A stretch of DNA of 64,000 nucleotides from the NCBI GenBank assembly GCA_965153285.1, contig OZ229112.1, one strand, 5' to 3'. The position numbers were made by a program, and so were the translations under genes. Of this stretch, positions 37,455 through 50,910 are shown one piece after another; position 1 is the stretch's first letter, and every line of letters starts with the position of its first letter. Origin of the DNA: Podarcis tiliguerta (Eukaryota). Under the pieces are notes generated by a model. It had not been told where the DNA came from. It did not search any database and saw only the letters and a program-made list of their open reading frames with translations.

Positions 37455-39330
37455 AAAACATGAAATGGCAAAACATTCTAAAAGTTTCTGTCAATGTTAT
37501 CATTTTTTGTGCCCAAGACAACTTGGTACTTCATGGAGGCAATTGGAGGGAAATTTCATGGGAGCCTGGTATATTCCTTAGCAATGTTTCCCTCCCCCCC
37601 CAAAAAAAATGTTTAGGGGTACTCTCATTTTCCTATTCCTATTGAAATGCTGCCCCTCAATGAGGCCAAACTTAGATTCACAAAATGTTTAGGGGTATGC
37701 GTCTCCCTGCGTCCCCCCAGAAAAGAAAGCACTGTTCCTCAGTACCTTGGAATTGATAAGCCCTCAGCTAGCAGCTCACATGACCTATGTGAATGCAAGT
37801 AAATAAGTTCTGTGTTATTCCCCCCCCCCAAAAAAAAAAAATGAAAATGAGTTGATTGAGTTGATAGCAGGGGAAGCAAAGGATGAGAGATATTGGGGAA
37901 AATTAAAGCAGCAAAATATTTTTCTATCATCTTCAACTGCACCCCAAATAGTGCTTAGATGGAGCAGATGAGCCAAGTTATATGGTTATGATTTTGTAAA
38001 CACAAATGAAAAAACAGGAAAGGGCATTTCAAATGATAATTTATTAAAACTGCAGGCAGACAGTTTGAAAATTAATGGCTGCCATAGTCAAGCGTATGAT
38101 AATGGCAGCAGCATGGCTGGAAAATACAATGGCAAACAAGCAAGATTATCTCAGGTTTATGATTTGGTGAGATACATACCCTGTGCTGCCCACAGTTTAA
38201 ATCTTGTTGGATACCAGGCTGCAAATGTTTGAGCAATGATTGTAATTTTTTTGGAACTGTACAACAACTCTTCAATTTTTTTCAGTGGTTCCACTGGAAA
38301 ATAGCGAGTTTTAATGGACACACTTGGAGTTTCTTTAAAAGGTCACAGTGATACAAGGTGGTCATCCAAACAGAGAGCAATTAGTGCTTTTTGAAAGTCA
38401 GTAAATTGTGTTTTTTCAGTACTGCATGACATGGCAGATCACAGAAATTATAGCAATGGAACAGCTTTTGGAGCACAAGATTTGATCAGACAAATAGACT
38501 TCACATTTTGTTCTGCCTTCTTCAAAGATGGGGAAGAATACTGAGTTGCATCAAACAAGTGTATATAAGAGTACTCTCTGGATGAAATTTAGCCAAACAT
38601 CAAGACTGCACTTCGAGTTTATGTAACCTTACCAATGACTGTGGCATCTTGCGAACGCAGCTTTAGTAAGCTCAAGTTGATAAAGAATTATCTCTGTTGT
38701 ACTGTGAACCAAGAAAAATTGACCTGCCTTGCCTTATTATCAATCAAACATGAAGTGGTTTCACAGATTATTGTAGATGCCATAGCAAATTTGCTTCAGT
38801 CAAAGCAAGAAAAGTGAAATTTTAACTTGTTCATACACATAGATTTATAAGTAATAAAATACTGTTTAAACACATTAGACCAGATGTTTCTTTTAATCCT
38901 GCATCTCCATACTATGCCAAAGTAGATCATGTAATTTTTTCAAAATAAATAGGAACAGGAAAATAAGTATTTAAAAAAAGGTCATAAAAGAATATGATGA
39001 GTTAGTAATGTAAGTTTTAGTCAGGGTTAGTAATCCAGGGTTAAGGTAAGTCAATGTATTATAGGATATTACTGATTTATGCATATAGTGTACATTGATC
39101 TACTGCTTATAGTGCATAACTGAGTTATGTACTTTATTATTTGCACCATTAAATTACTTGGAGCATTTAATCGATGAAATTAAAGCATTCCCATCTAAAC
39201 CAACAGTAGTTAATTTCATTTTAGCAGTAATTTTTAGACAAATAATGTGGCTATTGTGTTAAAGTAATTTTTTTGGTGGCACGGATACAGCTCCTTGCCA
39301 AGGGTGCGAGGGTCCCTAGGTATGCCCTTG
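37455..39330 (+). pseudogene. Fossil hAT (Tip100-like) transposase and right end of the element
   Basis: Broken translation KWQNILK..VNVIIFCAQDNL, KIKAAKYFSIIFNCTP, QAYDNGSSMAGKYNG, YIPCAAHSLNLV (CxxH), DTRWSSK, PMTVASCERSFSKLKLIKNYL (hAT C-terminal dimerisation domain); stops and frameshifts; probable TIR ending CTAGGTATGCCCTTG at 39330. Confidence 0.88.
37582..37734. mobile_element. hAT MITE nested in the fossil transposase
   Basis: CAATGTTT ... AAAGCACTG ends; 8-bp TSD TTCCTTAG / TTCCTCAG. Confidence 0.8.
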
Positions 39331-41451
39331 CCCAAACTCATAACAATACACTCCACAAAGTATCCTTTAATGATACACAAGGACACACACATTTACCCAT
39401 CAATGCAGAGCAGATCTTTAATGTGGCACAGTTTGTATTCTTGAGAATTTCTGTTTACTACAGGCAGCTATTCCACTGTCCTGCAGGCTACCTCAGATCT
39501 CCCAGAGAGGCAGCCCCTAAGGGGTCTTTTCCAAAGCTACTGCTTCCATTCATTGCTTTTCTCTCTCCCAAACACAAAGCTCTTCCCTCAGTCAGAGGTG
39601 TTGTCCTGAGAGGCCTGAGACTCTTCAAAATAAAAACCTAGATTCAAGACTGCTTTTCATAGGCTTACAGCTATATGCAAACTGATGTCCTTCCTTCCAT
39701 AATCCCCTACCACGCCACACCTGCCTACTGTATGTTCCAAGATGGCCTGGTCTCTGTGTTTAGCCCATAGCATTCTGGGATCATGGTCTGGTTCAAGAAA
39801 TGGACCTTCCATAAACATGACATGGGATCTTCTGAAAGCTAATAGCTTCCTGTGTTCAGAACATTCCAGAGAGGCCTCCATATCAGGAAACCATCTTGTG
39901 ACAATCGCCTCTCATAAAGAGACATTCACTAGCCATCAAACAGCCATTCATCTTCTTTTGCCTGACAAAGAATTTGGCCACTGGTCATGATAAGCTGTTG
40001 CGGAAGTAGTTCTGCTAATTCGCTTGCAAACAGAAGAAAATGTTTCTTGAGTTGGGGAGAGGGGCATGGTATTTATCACAAACTACTTCTTTTTTTAATA
40101 CTCCTGCAAGGCTGCAGATAAGAACATTTGCGATGTACAAAAGAGGACAGAATGTTCCACTTTCCCATTGCCTAAAAGTATACTTGTCTTGACATTACAA
40201 TTAGAACATGCTGCAGTGCCTTGCATTTGAACACTCCCCTCACCCTAGCAGGTACTGCTTGTACCCTTGATAAAATGCTGATCTGCTCCTTCTAGCTCTG
40301 CTAAATACTTTCAGCTAGCCAGGAACAATAATGGTGCATTATATTTTATCCCAATAGCCCTATTACTAAGCACAAAGATGCTGGCGGTGTGAGTGACAAT
40401 ATCTGCATCGCCTGGATTCTTGTTTCTCGCCGTCTCCAGAGTCTCCTACTTGCTCAGTTACATGGAAACAATTTATGAACATCCTTTAGCAACATGAATG
40501 TCTGCTTGTAAGAAACTTGTTTCTTTAATCACTACTGTCAGCCTCCCTCATCCCCACTCCCCTACCCCCCCCACCCCCGCCAAACCTACTGCAATTCGCT
40601 CACTTCTTGCTTTTCTCCATGGGCAGTATATATTGATGGAGAGGTGGAAACAGCAATATGTGGAGTTTCACTTCATTGCTTTGGGCATAAAATCACACAA
40701 AAGGAACATGGATATAAGGGAGGACACAGTCATTTTCATGCCCAGAATATACTTTGAAAGACATTTATTACAATATAATTTTGCCTTCCCTTAAAATGCA
40801 TTCATGGAAAAAATCATATTCGCATAGATTTCTTGTTAGTAAAGCCTTCTGCACCCTGATCTTAAAACATACTGGCCATTGTAAGGAGGCCCACTGTAAG
40901 GCGTGTTCTGAGCCTTTGGGTGGGCCTAATGGCATGCGCAGAGCCATCCCTGCCTTTGACTTTTTTATCTCCCTTCCAACAGCCAATTCTGTATAGCATC
41001 AAAAATAATAATAATAGAATCATGCTGCATTAGAAACTACTTTCAAAACTTCCCCAGTGTTTGGAATAGATTTGTGTCATGGTGGGGTGGGGGCTGCAAC
41101 TGGGAGATGAAGAAAGTGGAGCCCTTCAAGGATTGGTTTGGGGACATGTACTTTTTAACATATTCATAAATGATATGGAGTTAGGAATGAGTGGTAATGT
41201 AGCCAAGTTTGCTGATTAAGCCCAGTTGTTCAGAGAGGTTGAAACACATAAGAAGTGGTTAAAGCTTAATAATAATAATAATAATAATAATAATATGTTG
41301 TTGATGATGATGATGTTGATGTTACCCCGCCCATCTGGCTGGGTTTCCCCAGCCACTTTGGGCGGCTTCCAACAAAATATTAAATCTCTCTCCAGGCTGC
41401 ATAAATGGGCAGTAAAATGGCAGATGCTGTTCAACGTCAGCAAGTGTACAC

Positions 41452-41680
41452 CAGTAGTGGTCAGTAGTGCTTATCTGACCTTCTGCCACTGCAGTCACTG
41501 CACCTTGCTAGGAGGGGTGAAATGGCAGTGAGGATGGTGTGGTGCAAACGCACCAATGGGAGCAGTGAAATGGCTCTGCTATTGTGTTTGCACCACACCG
41601 ACCGACCTCCTGCCTTGTCCCTCCCCATCCCAGTAAGCCGGTGATGAGAGGTTAGGTGAGCACCCCTGCTGATCACTACT
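41452..41680. mobile_element. MITE with long imperfect TIRs inside CR1
   Basis: AGTAGTGGTCAGTAGTGCTTATCTGACC vs GGTTAGGTGAGCACCCCTGCTGATCACTACT. Confidence 0.5.
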
Positions 41681-41714
41681 AAGGCACATTGGACCAAAAA
41701 AAAAAAAAAAAAAC

Positions 41715-41758
<44 letters not shown>

Positions 41759-42189
41759 TTAGTGTGATCTGAACTGACAGTGACTGACCTTGGGATCCTA
41801 GCAGACAGCTCAAGGATGGCGTTGATCCAGTGTGCAGTTGTTGTGAAAGGGCAATAAGTTCTACCTCTCTGTTCTGTCTTTGTGTGTCTCTGTGTGTTCA
41901 TTTTTATGTACTGTTCTGGTCACCTATCTCAGAAAGGATATTGTAGAATTGGAAAAGGTAAAGGTCAAACAAAATGATCAAGAGGCTAGAGCAGCTCCCC
42001 TATGAAGAAAGGCAACAACTTTGGGGGTGTTTTAATTTAGAATAAAAGTGAGTTACGGCAGGGACATGTCAGAGGCTTGGAGGATGTGGATAAAGTTAGG
42101 TTTTTTTCATCCTCAATCATAATACAAGGCTATTCAATGAACTTGAACACTGGAAGATTCCAGACAGAGAAAATAAAGTTCTTCACATA

Positions 42190-42436
42190 GAAGAAGAGGA
42201 GTCTGGATTTGATATGCCACTTTATCACTACCTGAAGGAGTCTCAAAGCAGCTAACATTCTCCTTCCCCTTCCTTCCCCACCACAAACACTCTGTGAGGT
42301 GAGTGGGGCTGAGAGACTTCAAAGAAGTGTGACTGGCCCAAGGTCACCCAGCAGCAGCATGTGGAGGAGCGGGGAATTGAACCCGGTTCACCAGATTACG
42401 AGTCTACCGCTCTTAACCACTACACCACACTGGCCC
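42190..42436 (-). mobile_element. MIR/CORE-type tRNA SINE (Squam3-like)
   Basis: Reverse complement begins GCCAGTGTGGTGTAGTGGTTAAGAGCG...CCGGGTTCAATTCCCC, contains the CORE-like GGGTGACCTTGGGCCAGTCAC and has a (CTT)n tail; older relatives at ~27710-27830, 46120-46300 and 51170-51390. Confidence 0.8.
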
Positions 42437-45400
42437 TCACACACTGTAGTTAATCTATGGAACTTGCTCTCACAGGAGCCAGTGATGGCCACCAACTTGG
42501 CTTTAAAAGAGGACGGGACAAAGGCATGAATGCTGTCAATGGCTGTTTTCCCCATTTCATCCGAGAGCCCCAGCTTTTCCTGCCCCACACCTGATGTCCT
42601 AAATGATGTCAGGCATAGGACAGATAAGCTTGGCTATAGGAAAAACAGCCTTGCAGGCCAGATTACACTGTAGAGTCAGGAAAGCTTCTCAGTGATGCAA
42701 CTTCCGTCCCCAAGAAAGGGACCTGAAAACATATAAGGTGTAATTGACACCTTACTGATTCATATTGTACATCTAGTCACTTAGCCACTGGGAAAACAGG
42801 AAGCTGGACTAGATGGGCCTTTGGCCTGATCCAGCAGGCTCTTATGTTCTAACATGAAGTAAATAGTACCTGTGAGGCAACTGGGTTTCCACATCCTTTT
42901 TTACCTGAATGATATCCATTCATCAAAATGATGAGAAACAATACTTTGTTTTCTTTTTCTTTTTTCTACTGTATCCTAGGCAGAAATATACAATTGGGGA
43001 AACAAGTGAACATCAAATATGGGAACTCTTTATATGGCAAGACCTACAACCTACGCTTATTTTTAAAACTAGCTTAAAGTGTCTATCCTTTCCTCCAAAG
43101 AATCCTAGGACGTGTGGCTCAGTTTCAGTGCTGAGAATGTTCTGCTAGACACATAATTATAATTTACAGAGTTTAAATGTGTGGTGTTGCTATACCCACA
43201 TGCAAATTCTTTTCTTCAACAATAGAAATACCTTTGAAAAGCAGGTGTTCCTCAAGTAGACAGGCAACATAATTATCTCATTCACATCCTTTCCAGCCAG
43301 ATTGCCTCAGGGCTTACCACATGCTGGAGCCCTATAAACAGTGATGATTCATTGCAGATCAGCCAGGAAGTACTCTTTTGAGTCTGACAAGGTGTTTCTG
43401 AGCTCTTAAAAACTAAATTTCTTCTTGCCTGGTGAACACAAGCTCTTCTTTCATTTTCTTCAACTCATTAAAAATGGGGAGCATTGTACCTTGTGCGGAT
43501 TGTATTTTCCAGATGTGAAATGTGAAATGTCTGATAAATTCTATGCTAAATTTTCACTTGTGAATCTTGAACTCAGCTTTATCCCTTCAGCCCTTACAAA
43601 CATATATCTGAAACTCTAGGGTGGAGAAAGAAAACTCATTTGGGGGCAACTGGAGCAGGAAAATGCTGGGAGGGGGGGGAGGATGAAGCATACCTTCTCC
43701 CAATCACTTCTCTGCTCTCAGTTGCCACCTCCATAGATCTTTTCTTTTTTTAAAAATGACATCCACCTCTACCATACAGATTTGTGTGTAACATGTAGTT
43801 TAACCAATAGCCACCATGCTAGAAATACCAAGCTCTTGGTATTTATGGGAACTCAGATGTTCATGAAGTTTACTTCCCCAGTAAACACATACGTGCATTA
43901 TATAAAAACAGGTGTTCTTTCCCCCCCTTCTCTTCTGCTTGCATGTAATATACCGGTAGGTGTGGGAAGTGCCGCAAGAAAACTTCCTGCCTCTTTTTAT
44001 ACAAGAGTAATATGGGATGGATAAAATGCATACATGTGTTACTCCTACCATGGCACAGGCTGCCTCTGTCTACAGTGGAACAAATGACTCACGGACAGAT
44101 GCACACTAGAGCTCATCCTATGACCCCTAGATTTGCCCTGTTACGTTCCAAGTATGCTTAAGGTCATCATAGCGCACGTGCCTGAAATTTTCTTAAATTA
44201 GAACCAGCCTTTACGCTCATTTCGCCAGACTTTCTGCCCTGCAAGCAACTTTAAGAGCCACCCGCTCCTCCTGCATCTCCCGTGCATTCTCCACAATTAG
44301 CCAAGCACAACCTCTTCACAGGGAGGCTTATCTGCCAAGCACAGATGGTTGACCCACATGATGGGGAGGCATTCCCAGCTGTGGATCTCTCTTTCCATCA
44401 CAAAGTTCAGCTGAATGAATGTCTCCTACTGCCTCCTCAGCATTCATTTGCATGCAGCTTAGAGCTGAATGTGAGATGATTTGTCTCTTCCAACATCTTA
44501 AAATGGAAAGTAGCCAGAGGTGGAAGGGAGAAGCTATTCCTTCCTTTCCTTTGTTTGCCCAAAACTACCTCACTGAAGTGCCCACACCTGGAAAATAACT
44601 ACTGCTCTTTTTTAAAAAGATAACATGCAGTGAACATTTTTCCTTAGGAACCTAGATCCTTTATTAAAAGTGTGAAGCATTTTGTGACTGCTTTGCTGGA
44701 GGGCAGATGAGTAGCTTGATCTACCCAACAAATTTCCATAACCAAAACAGATAAGCAATATTTGACTGAAGAGAGGAAAAGGAGACTGTTTTTCCCCCTG
44801 TAACCTCTTGGTTACTCCAAACATCTACCTGGGTGGTAGATGAGTTGTTTTACCATCTCTGTGCCATTTAAGCCACCAGAGCCTCTCGAATGTACAAAAA
44901 CAGGAAACCACTTTTAACAGTCAGATCATTGGTCTAGCTAGCTCAGTATCATCTAGGATGACTGACAGTGGTTCTCCAGGGCTTCATATGGGGACTCTTT
45001 CTCTGCCCTCCTTGACTTCAGGACCTTCTGCACGCAAAGCTGATGCTATACCTGTATGCTATCACCCTTCACCAAAGCTTCATGAAGTGAATGGTTGGTA
45101 TGTGGGAAAACTCTTGGAAGTTTAATGCCTGGGGTTCCTATGAGCTTCAAGGTTCAAAAGCTAGCTATTTTTGTAAGCAATAGCGAAAATATTTGTGAAA
45201 AGAGTTATCTCTCTCTTACCACCTTTTTTTTAAAAAAAATGAAAAGTAGCACTTGAAAGAAGAGTAGTGGTGGAGGAGGAAGACTTGCAGCTTCTGCTTA
45301 ACTCTATCCCTTCCTGCCATTTGTCTACTCAAAATCACCACCATTTTGCTGTTGGTAAAAAAGCAGCTTGAGGGTAATCGCAGGTGGACAAGTTGCCGGA

Positions 45401-46515
45401 GGGTTAAGTAACTCCTCCATCTGTTCTTCAACTCCTGGTTGCAGCCTTCCAAGGATGCTTTTCATTTCAGAGCAAAAGTCCGTCGCAGAAAAGAGGCATG
45501 GAATCCTGTGTCTTGTCTACTTTGGGCCTAAGATTCATCAGGCTCTTGAGTTCTTTCGATGGCACACAGAACTGGGTTTAAGATGTTGGTGTCAAGGCTC
45601 TGGTGATCATGGTGTTCAGATGCTAGGCCTTACCCCTAGCTGCAACATGCAAGTGCAATGATGGCCAATGTTATTGTAAACCAGACTCTTGAAGCCAAAT
45701 TCACCTTTGGGTACCTCCAACTTGCAATGGGGAATCATGGTGAATTTCACAAAGCATATTTTGACCCTTTAGTCCTACTAGGTAGAAAAGATTTCCCAGC
45801 TGAATCCAGGATGTGCATGGTTATCTCTAACAAACAAATGATCAAGCAAAGGTTATAAGTTACCCATAAATAAATGACCCACAGAGGAAATTTCTGCTTC
45901 GGATCTTAAACAAACATCCTTGGCGTTTAGTAAGTTCCTCCTCTGCCTTTAACTTTTACATAAAATCTACCTGGTATAGGGATGCTGTAAGGGAACATTT
46001 AATATACTGTATATACTGAATAGTCTGAGGTTTCTCACTACATACCACATACTCTGGAATAGTCCTGTTGAACATTAAAATATAATTAAATTGAAATAGT
46101 TAATTTGTAGATAGTGACTTTTTAAAATCCCACCTTTCTTCCAAGGAAAAGTACACTTCTTCATGGTAGAGTACATTGTTCTCTCCCTCTCCATACTGTT
46201 CTCACAACAACCCTGTGAGGCGGGTTAGGCTGAGAGATTGTAACTCGTCTAATGTTACCCAATGAGCTTCATGGCTGTGGGGATTTGAACCCTGGTCCCT
46301 GTTTGTAGCTCTTCTACTTTGTCCTACCTAAATGCAACGGCTTGGTCCAGACATTAAAAGAGCCCTGCTGATCAGATCTTGTTTCACACAGTAGCCAACC
46401 AAGCACCTATGGGAAGACCATAATCAGGCAATAGCCCTCTCCCATTCTCGTACGCCAGCAACCGGTATTCGGAGGCATGTTGCTTCTGATAATAGAGTAT
46501 ATAACCATCTGGTTA

Positions 46516-46860
46516 AAGTAAAGGTAAAGGGACCCCTGACCATTAGGTCCAGTCGTGACCGACTCTGGGGTTGCGGCGCTCATCTCGCGTTACTGGCCGA
46601 GGGAGCCAGCGTACAGTCATGTGGCCAGCATGACTAAGCCGCTTCTGGCGAACCAAAGCAGCACACGGAAATGCCGTTTACCTTCCCGCCGGAGTGGTCC
46701 CTATTTATCTAGTTGCACTTTGATGTGCTTTCGAACTGCTAGGTTGGCAGGAGCAGGGACCGAGCAACGGGAGCTCACCCCGTCATAGGGATTTGAACCA
46801 CCGACCTTCTGACTGGCAAGTCCTAGGCTCTGTGGTTTAACCCACAGCGCCACCCATGTC
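46516..46860 (-). mobile_element. Sauria SINE, full length
   Basis: TSD CCATCTGGTTA (46505-46515, 46861-46871). Confidence 0.92.
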
Positions 46861-49619
46861 CCATCTGGTTAGTTGCCACTAAAAGCCTTATCCACCATGC
46901 AGTTGCCATTGATTATAAAGCATTGTTTAGGATTACAGTACAGGAATGAGCAAGTGCAAATCTTAGACTTGCACAGTCTCCTCTCAAGATAAGGAAGCTT
47001 AAGGCTTCTGATGACTTTTAAAAACAAACAAACAAACCACAGTGCTATATCTGAATATGAGAAGCTGATTTGTTTTTCTTCATTGGTTAACAAATCAGGA
47101 TCTGAAACCACAGCTGAAAACGGGTTTATTTGAGCTGAGATTAGAACAAGCTACAGTTTCTTTTCTTCATAACTGGAAACTGTGGTTTGTCCAAAACAGC
47201 AACAACAAGCTTCATTTTATTACATGCAAGATAGAAGGGGGAACATGCAACCCAAACACTTGCACCTGCATGTTCTTGCAGTGTTGGCAATAGAAATCTG
47301 AGCTGCTAAAGAGCCATTTCTTATTTGCAAAGGCCCATCTTGGGTTCTGTTACTTGGTCACAGTTGAGTGGTACAAGAATGGCTTACAGAAAATAAATAG
47401 GTGGTACTCAACTATGTTTTACACAGAGTAGACCCACTGTAATTAATAAACATGCCGGGGGAAGGGAGAGAAAAATAAAAATAAATAAAAAATAAACATG
47501 ACTAAGTTAGGTCCATTGATTTCAGTGGATGTCCTCTGAATTGAATAGATTTGATGCTTTACCTAAAGCTTGCATAATGAATTAGTGGTATAAGTTTGTA
47601 TTGATTTTAATGTTTGAATCAATGCCTATTTTGAAAATACCAACAAAGTAATCTTCACACCTCAAACTTTACCAATATTTATTTTTCCTGAAGGTAACTT
47701 GCTGATATCTCAAAACATAGCTATGAAGTAGTGATTGCTAAAGCTAGCCACATAGTCTTAGCCTCTCTTTGTTGTCCTCCCTGACATTTGTATACCAAGG
47801 CTCTACTGACTCTCAAGAGATCTTTCATACAGCATTTTCAGGCCACATCATCAAACCTTTCTTAATAGTAAGATTTCCTTAGGCATCTTAAGCAGTACTA
47901 AGCCTGCTCATAAAGGAGCCTGCATTGTCTGCTCATCCCATCTCTTTGAATTATATACTGTGTGTTTATAGTACTCCCTGAAGTCTCAAGCAGGGAGGCA
48001 CCATATCTCCAAGAGCAGTGACTCAACTATGGTTAGACAACAAGCCAGATCAACAAAGGAGTAAAGATGAGAAAACGTTGTGTTCCTTTCATGAGGGATA
48101 CATTTGGGAGGGGGAAATCTAGTCAAGCAAAAGGGTTATAAGAAGGGGTAAGGAATATGGGAGCAGATGGGTCAACGAAGCTCTATGCAAGAGAGGCAGA
48201 CAGAGGAAATGACAGCACAGAAGACAAGAGTCTTCTGAATTTAGGACTTAGTACTTGGGAAGGAGTGTTTCATGCCTTGTGATAATGCTCTGAAGGTGAT
48301 AGTATTTTTAGGAAGCTTGTAAAATCAGTGTTCATCTGACTGAGTGGCTGATCCACTTTCTTGGCTTGCTTAGAATTGGGAAATAGATTTCCTCAGAGAC
48401 TGGTATGGCTAAAAAAATAACAGGCGTCCAGACACAGACACATTTTCAAAGCACTACATAAAATTCATTAACAGTGCAGTCCTGCCCATGTCTATTCAGA
48501 AGTAAGTTCTGCTAAGTACAATGGGGGCTTGCTGCCAGGTTAAATGGCACATGATAGGAACCTAAAGCAAAAAAGCAATCCATAGCATCTTCCATCGGGC
48601 AAGATTAACAATGGAAAAAATGCTGCAATGCTCACTGGTTTTTAATTCTCAGCTTTAAATAGCACAATGTTGTGCATTTAAAGTCATTTTTCAATGTCTC
48701 TCCCCAAAGCACCTGTGTGAACAAAGACCAAGAACTCCATGTTCTATCCTTGCCACTGTTATATTTTAAAATGCTGAGTTATGGTAAAGGTTGCCTTCGG
48801 TTGTCTCATTTTAATGGTAAGTCTGTTCTAGTCTAGAGAGCAGGCAGAGCTGATTAATGTATAATAACGGAAAGGGACACAGCTTTCTTCTTACAAGGCC
48901 ATAAGTGAATCTGAAAGCTTTCCCCCACTTTTACAGTGCAATGCTGTGCATGTGTACTCAGAAGAATTTGGTGGGATCTGTTCTCAGAAGTGTGCATAAG
49001 GCTGAAGTCCTTTTTATCCTTCCCAAAGGCCTGATTTCCATGTGAAAAAAATTGTGAAGGCTGTTTATACCAGTGCATCTTGTTGAACTTTGACAAGGAA
49101 TATAATTGTCCACAACCACTATTCTACTATGCTTTCCAAGTATCACTGCTAGATTTTTGCAAACATTACAGCTCTATATTGTAGTTGCAGCTCTATAGTG
49201 TGCTTATTAATTAAACAGACACCAATCGTATTATTATTAATTTGAATAGGTAGTTTCCAGAGCCCCATCAGGTTGAAGCTTTTAGTTCTAAATACTTTGC
49301 AAACAGAATTGGAAAATTATACAAATTTAAAGGCAGAAATTGCCTAATATGGTTTAACTGCAGGCAACTCCCCATTTGTGCAGGGGTTGCGTTCAGCAGG
49401 ATGAGCGTAAACCCGCTCCAGGTGTCACTTATGCCTCAACTGTGTGCAAATGGGGAGTTGGCTGCATACCTAATGGTTATTGACAACCTCTGATTTTGTA
49501 TATGTGCTGCCGAAGTGAGCACGACCTCGTGATTTTGTTTCAACAAAGAATATCTTAGACATAACATTGGAGTTACTTGTGGCGCCAAAATGTAAGTTTT
49601 CCTTTGAGGTCACATGTGC

Positions 49620-49890
49620 ATTATAAATGTGCCTTACATGGCTCAGGACCTCAATACCTTAAGGACTGCCTTTTCTCATATCAACCAACCCAGACCCTGT
49701 GCTTTTCACCAAAGGCCCTTCTCTATGTCCCCACACCCTGAGAGGTTCAGAGGGTGAGAACACAAGAACGAACCTTTTCTGTCATAATTCCCTGTCTGTG
49801 GAATGCTCTCCCCAGAGGGCTCTCCTGGCACCATAATTACATGTTTTTAGGTGCCAGGCAAAAACATTCCTCTATACTCAGGCCTTTGGC
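49620..49890 (+). mobile_element. Degraded L2 LINE 3' fragment
   Basis: LHGSGPQYLKDCL...RTFSVIIPCLWNALP, resembling the end of L2 ORF2. Confidence 0.6.
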
Positions 49891-50764
49891 CATTAAATAA
49901 CCCATGCCCTATTAAAAGGGGGGGGGCTGTTATTATGATGCTTGACCTCACCCCCAAAGACTCACTCCTCCATTGCCTCCTGAAACAGATGCCAACCAAC
50001 GCTGTCTATTCTTATGCTTTATGTTTTTATTATGCTCCTTTTCATGATGGCCTTTCATGGAAACAAATAAAGCAGTACAAAAATGCCTAAATAAAAAGTG
50101 TGGTTAGCACCCCAATGAAATTACACTTTGTCAGTGCATGGCCAAATCCTGGCCTGTAGCCAGAACCTGATACCTGGACATGTGATGCTAGAACATGTCT
50201 TAACAATTCATTTGATTGAAGAACAAACCCATGTGAACAATACTTGGAACTCATCAGCTACAGCCAGACCTTCTTTGCTTCAGACAGGCTTGTGCTTGGT
50301 AGCTCTGCTTCTTTGTGCAGAATCCTAGCCAGCACACTGGCAGGAAGATGGCTCGTGTATGTCACATTTCCATCTGGACTTTTGCCTCCCCTTGGGAGTT
50401 CTGTGGTAGTGGTGTGGGAAACTCCAGTAATGTGGAGATCTAATTATCACTGTCTGCCATTGTTTGACAGTGCTCTCTGTACGGATATTTAATATTTATA
50501 CAGGAAGCTAGGAAGGGGATCTGCTGGCATCAGGGCTCCCTCCACTGGCATTAGATGCCAAAGGCCAAGCTTCCTGATCTCTAAACATGTTGTTCATATT
50601 GCTCATCTTCTGTATTCTTGCCATTAAATGATGAAATAAAATCAGCTGCTCAAGTATTGGTGCAATATTTAGTTGAGTATTAGACCTTGCGGCTCAAGCC
50701 TAATCATGACCTACTTACTGTTTCCCCAATAATCAGTGCTTACACCATAAAATAAAAATCTGCT

Positions 50765-50910
50765 AGTTTGATAGCTCAGTTGGTCAGAGTGTGGTGCTGA
50801 TAATGCGAAGGTTGCAAGTTCAGTTCCCATATGGGACAGATTCCTGCATTACAGGTGGTTGGACTAGATGATCCTCAGGATCCCTTCCAACTCTACAATT
50901 CTATGAGTTC
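50765..50910 (+). mobile_element. SINE: tRNA-Ile-derived head plus CR1 3' tail
   Basis: TAGCTCAGTTGGTCAGAGTGTGGTGCTGATAATGCGAAGGTTGCAAGTTCAGTTCCCATATGGG followed by ATTCCTGCATTACAGGTGGTTGGACTAGATGAT...CCCTTCCAACTCTACAATTCTATG. Confidence 0.8.

Larger units (their letters stand above)
41120..42850 (+). mobile_element. Degraded CR1 LINE 3' portion with several insertions
   Basis: IFINDMELGMSGNVAKFAD RT motif, WQMLFNVSKC, then the CR1 3' end at ~42130-42545 and tail at ~42780-42850. Confidence 0.75.

Noticed and set aside
50765-50840. Functional tRNA-Ile gene (likewise tRNA-Lys at 36460)
   Set aside because: Degenerate stems and B box, no oligo-T terminator, and fused directly to a CR1 tail
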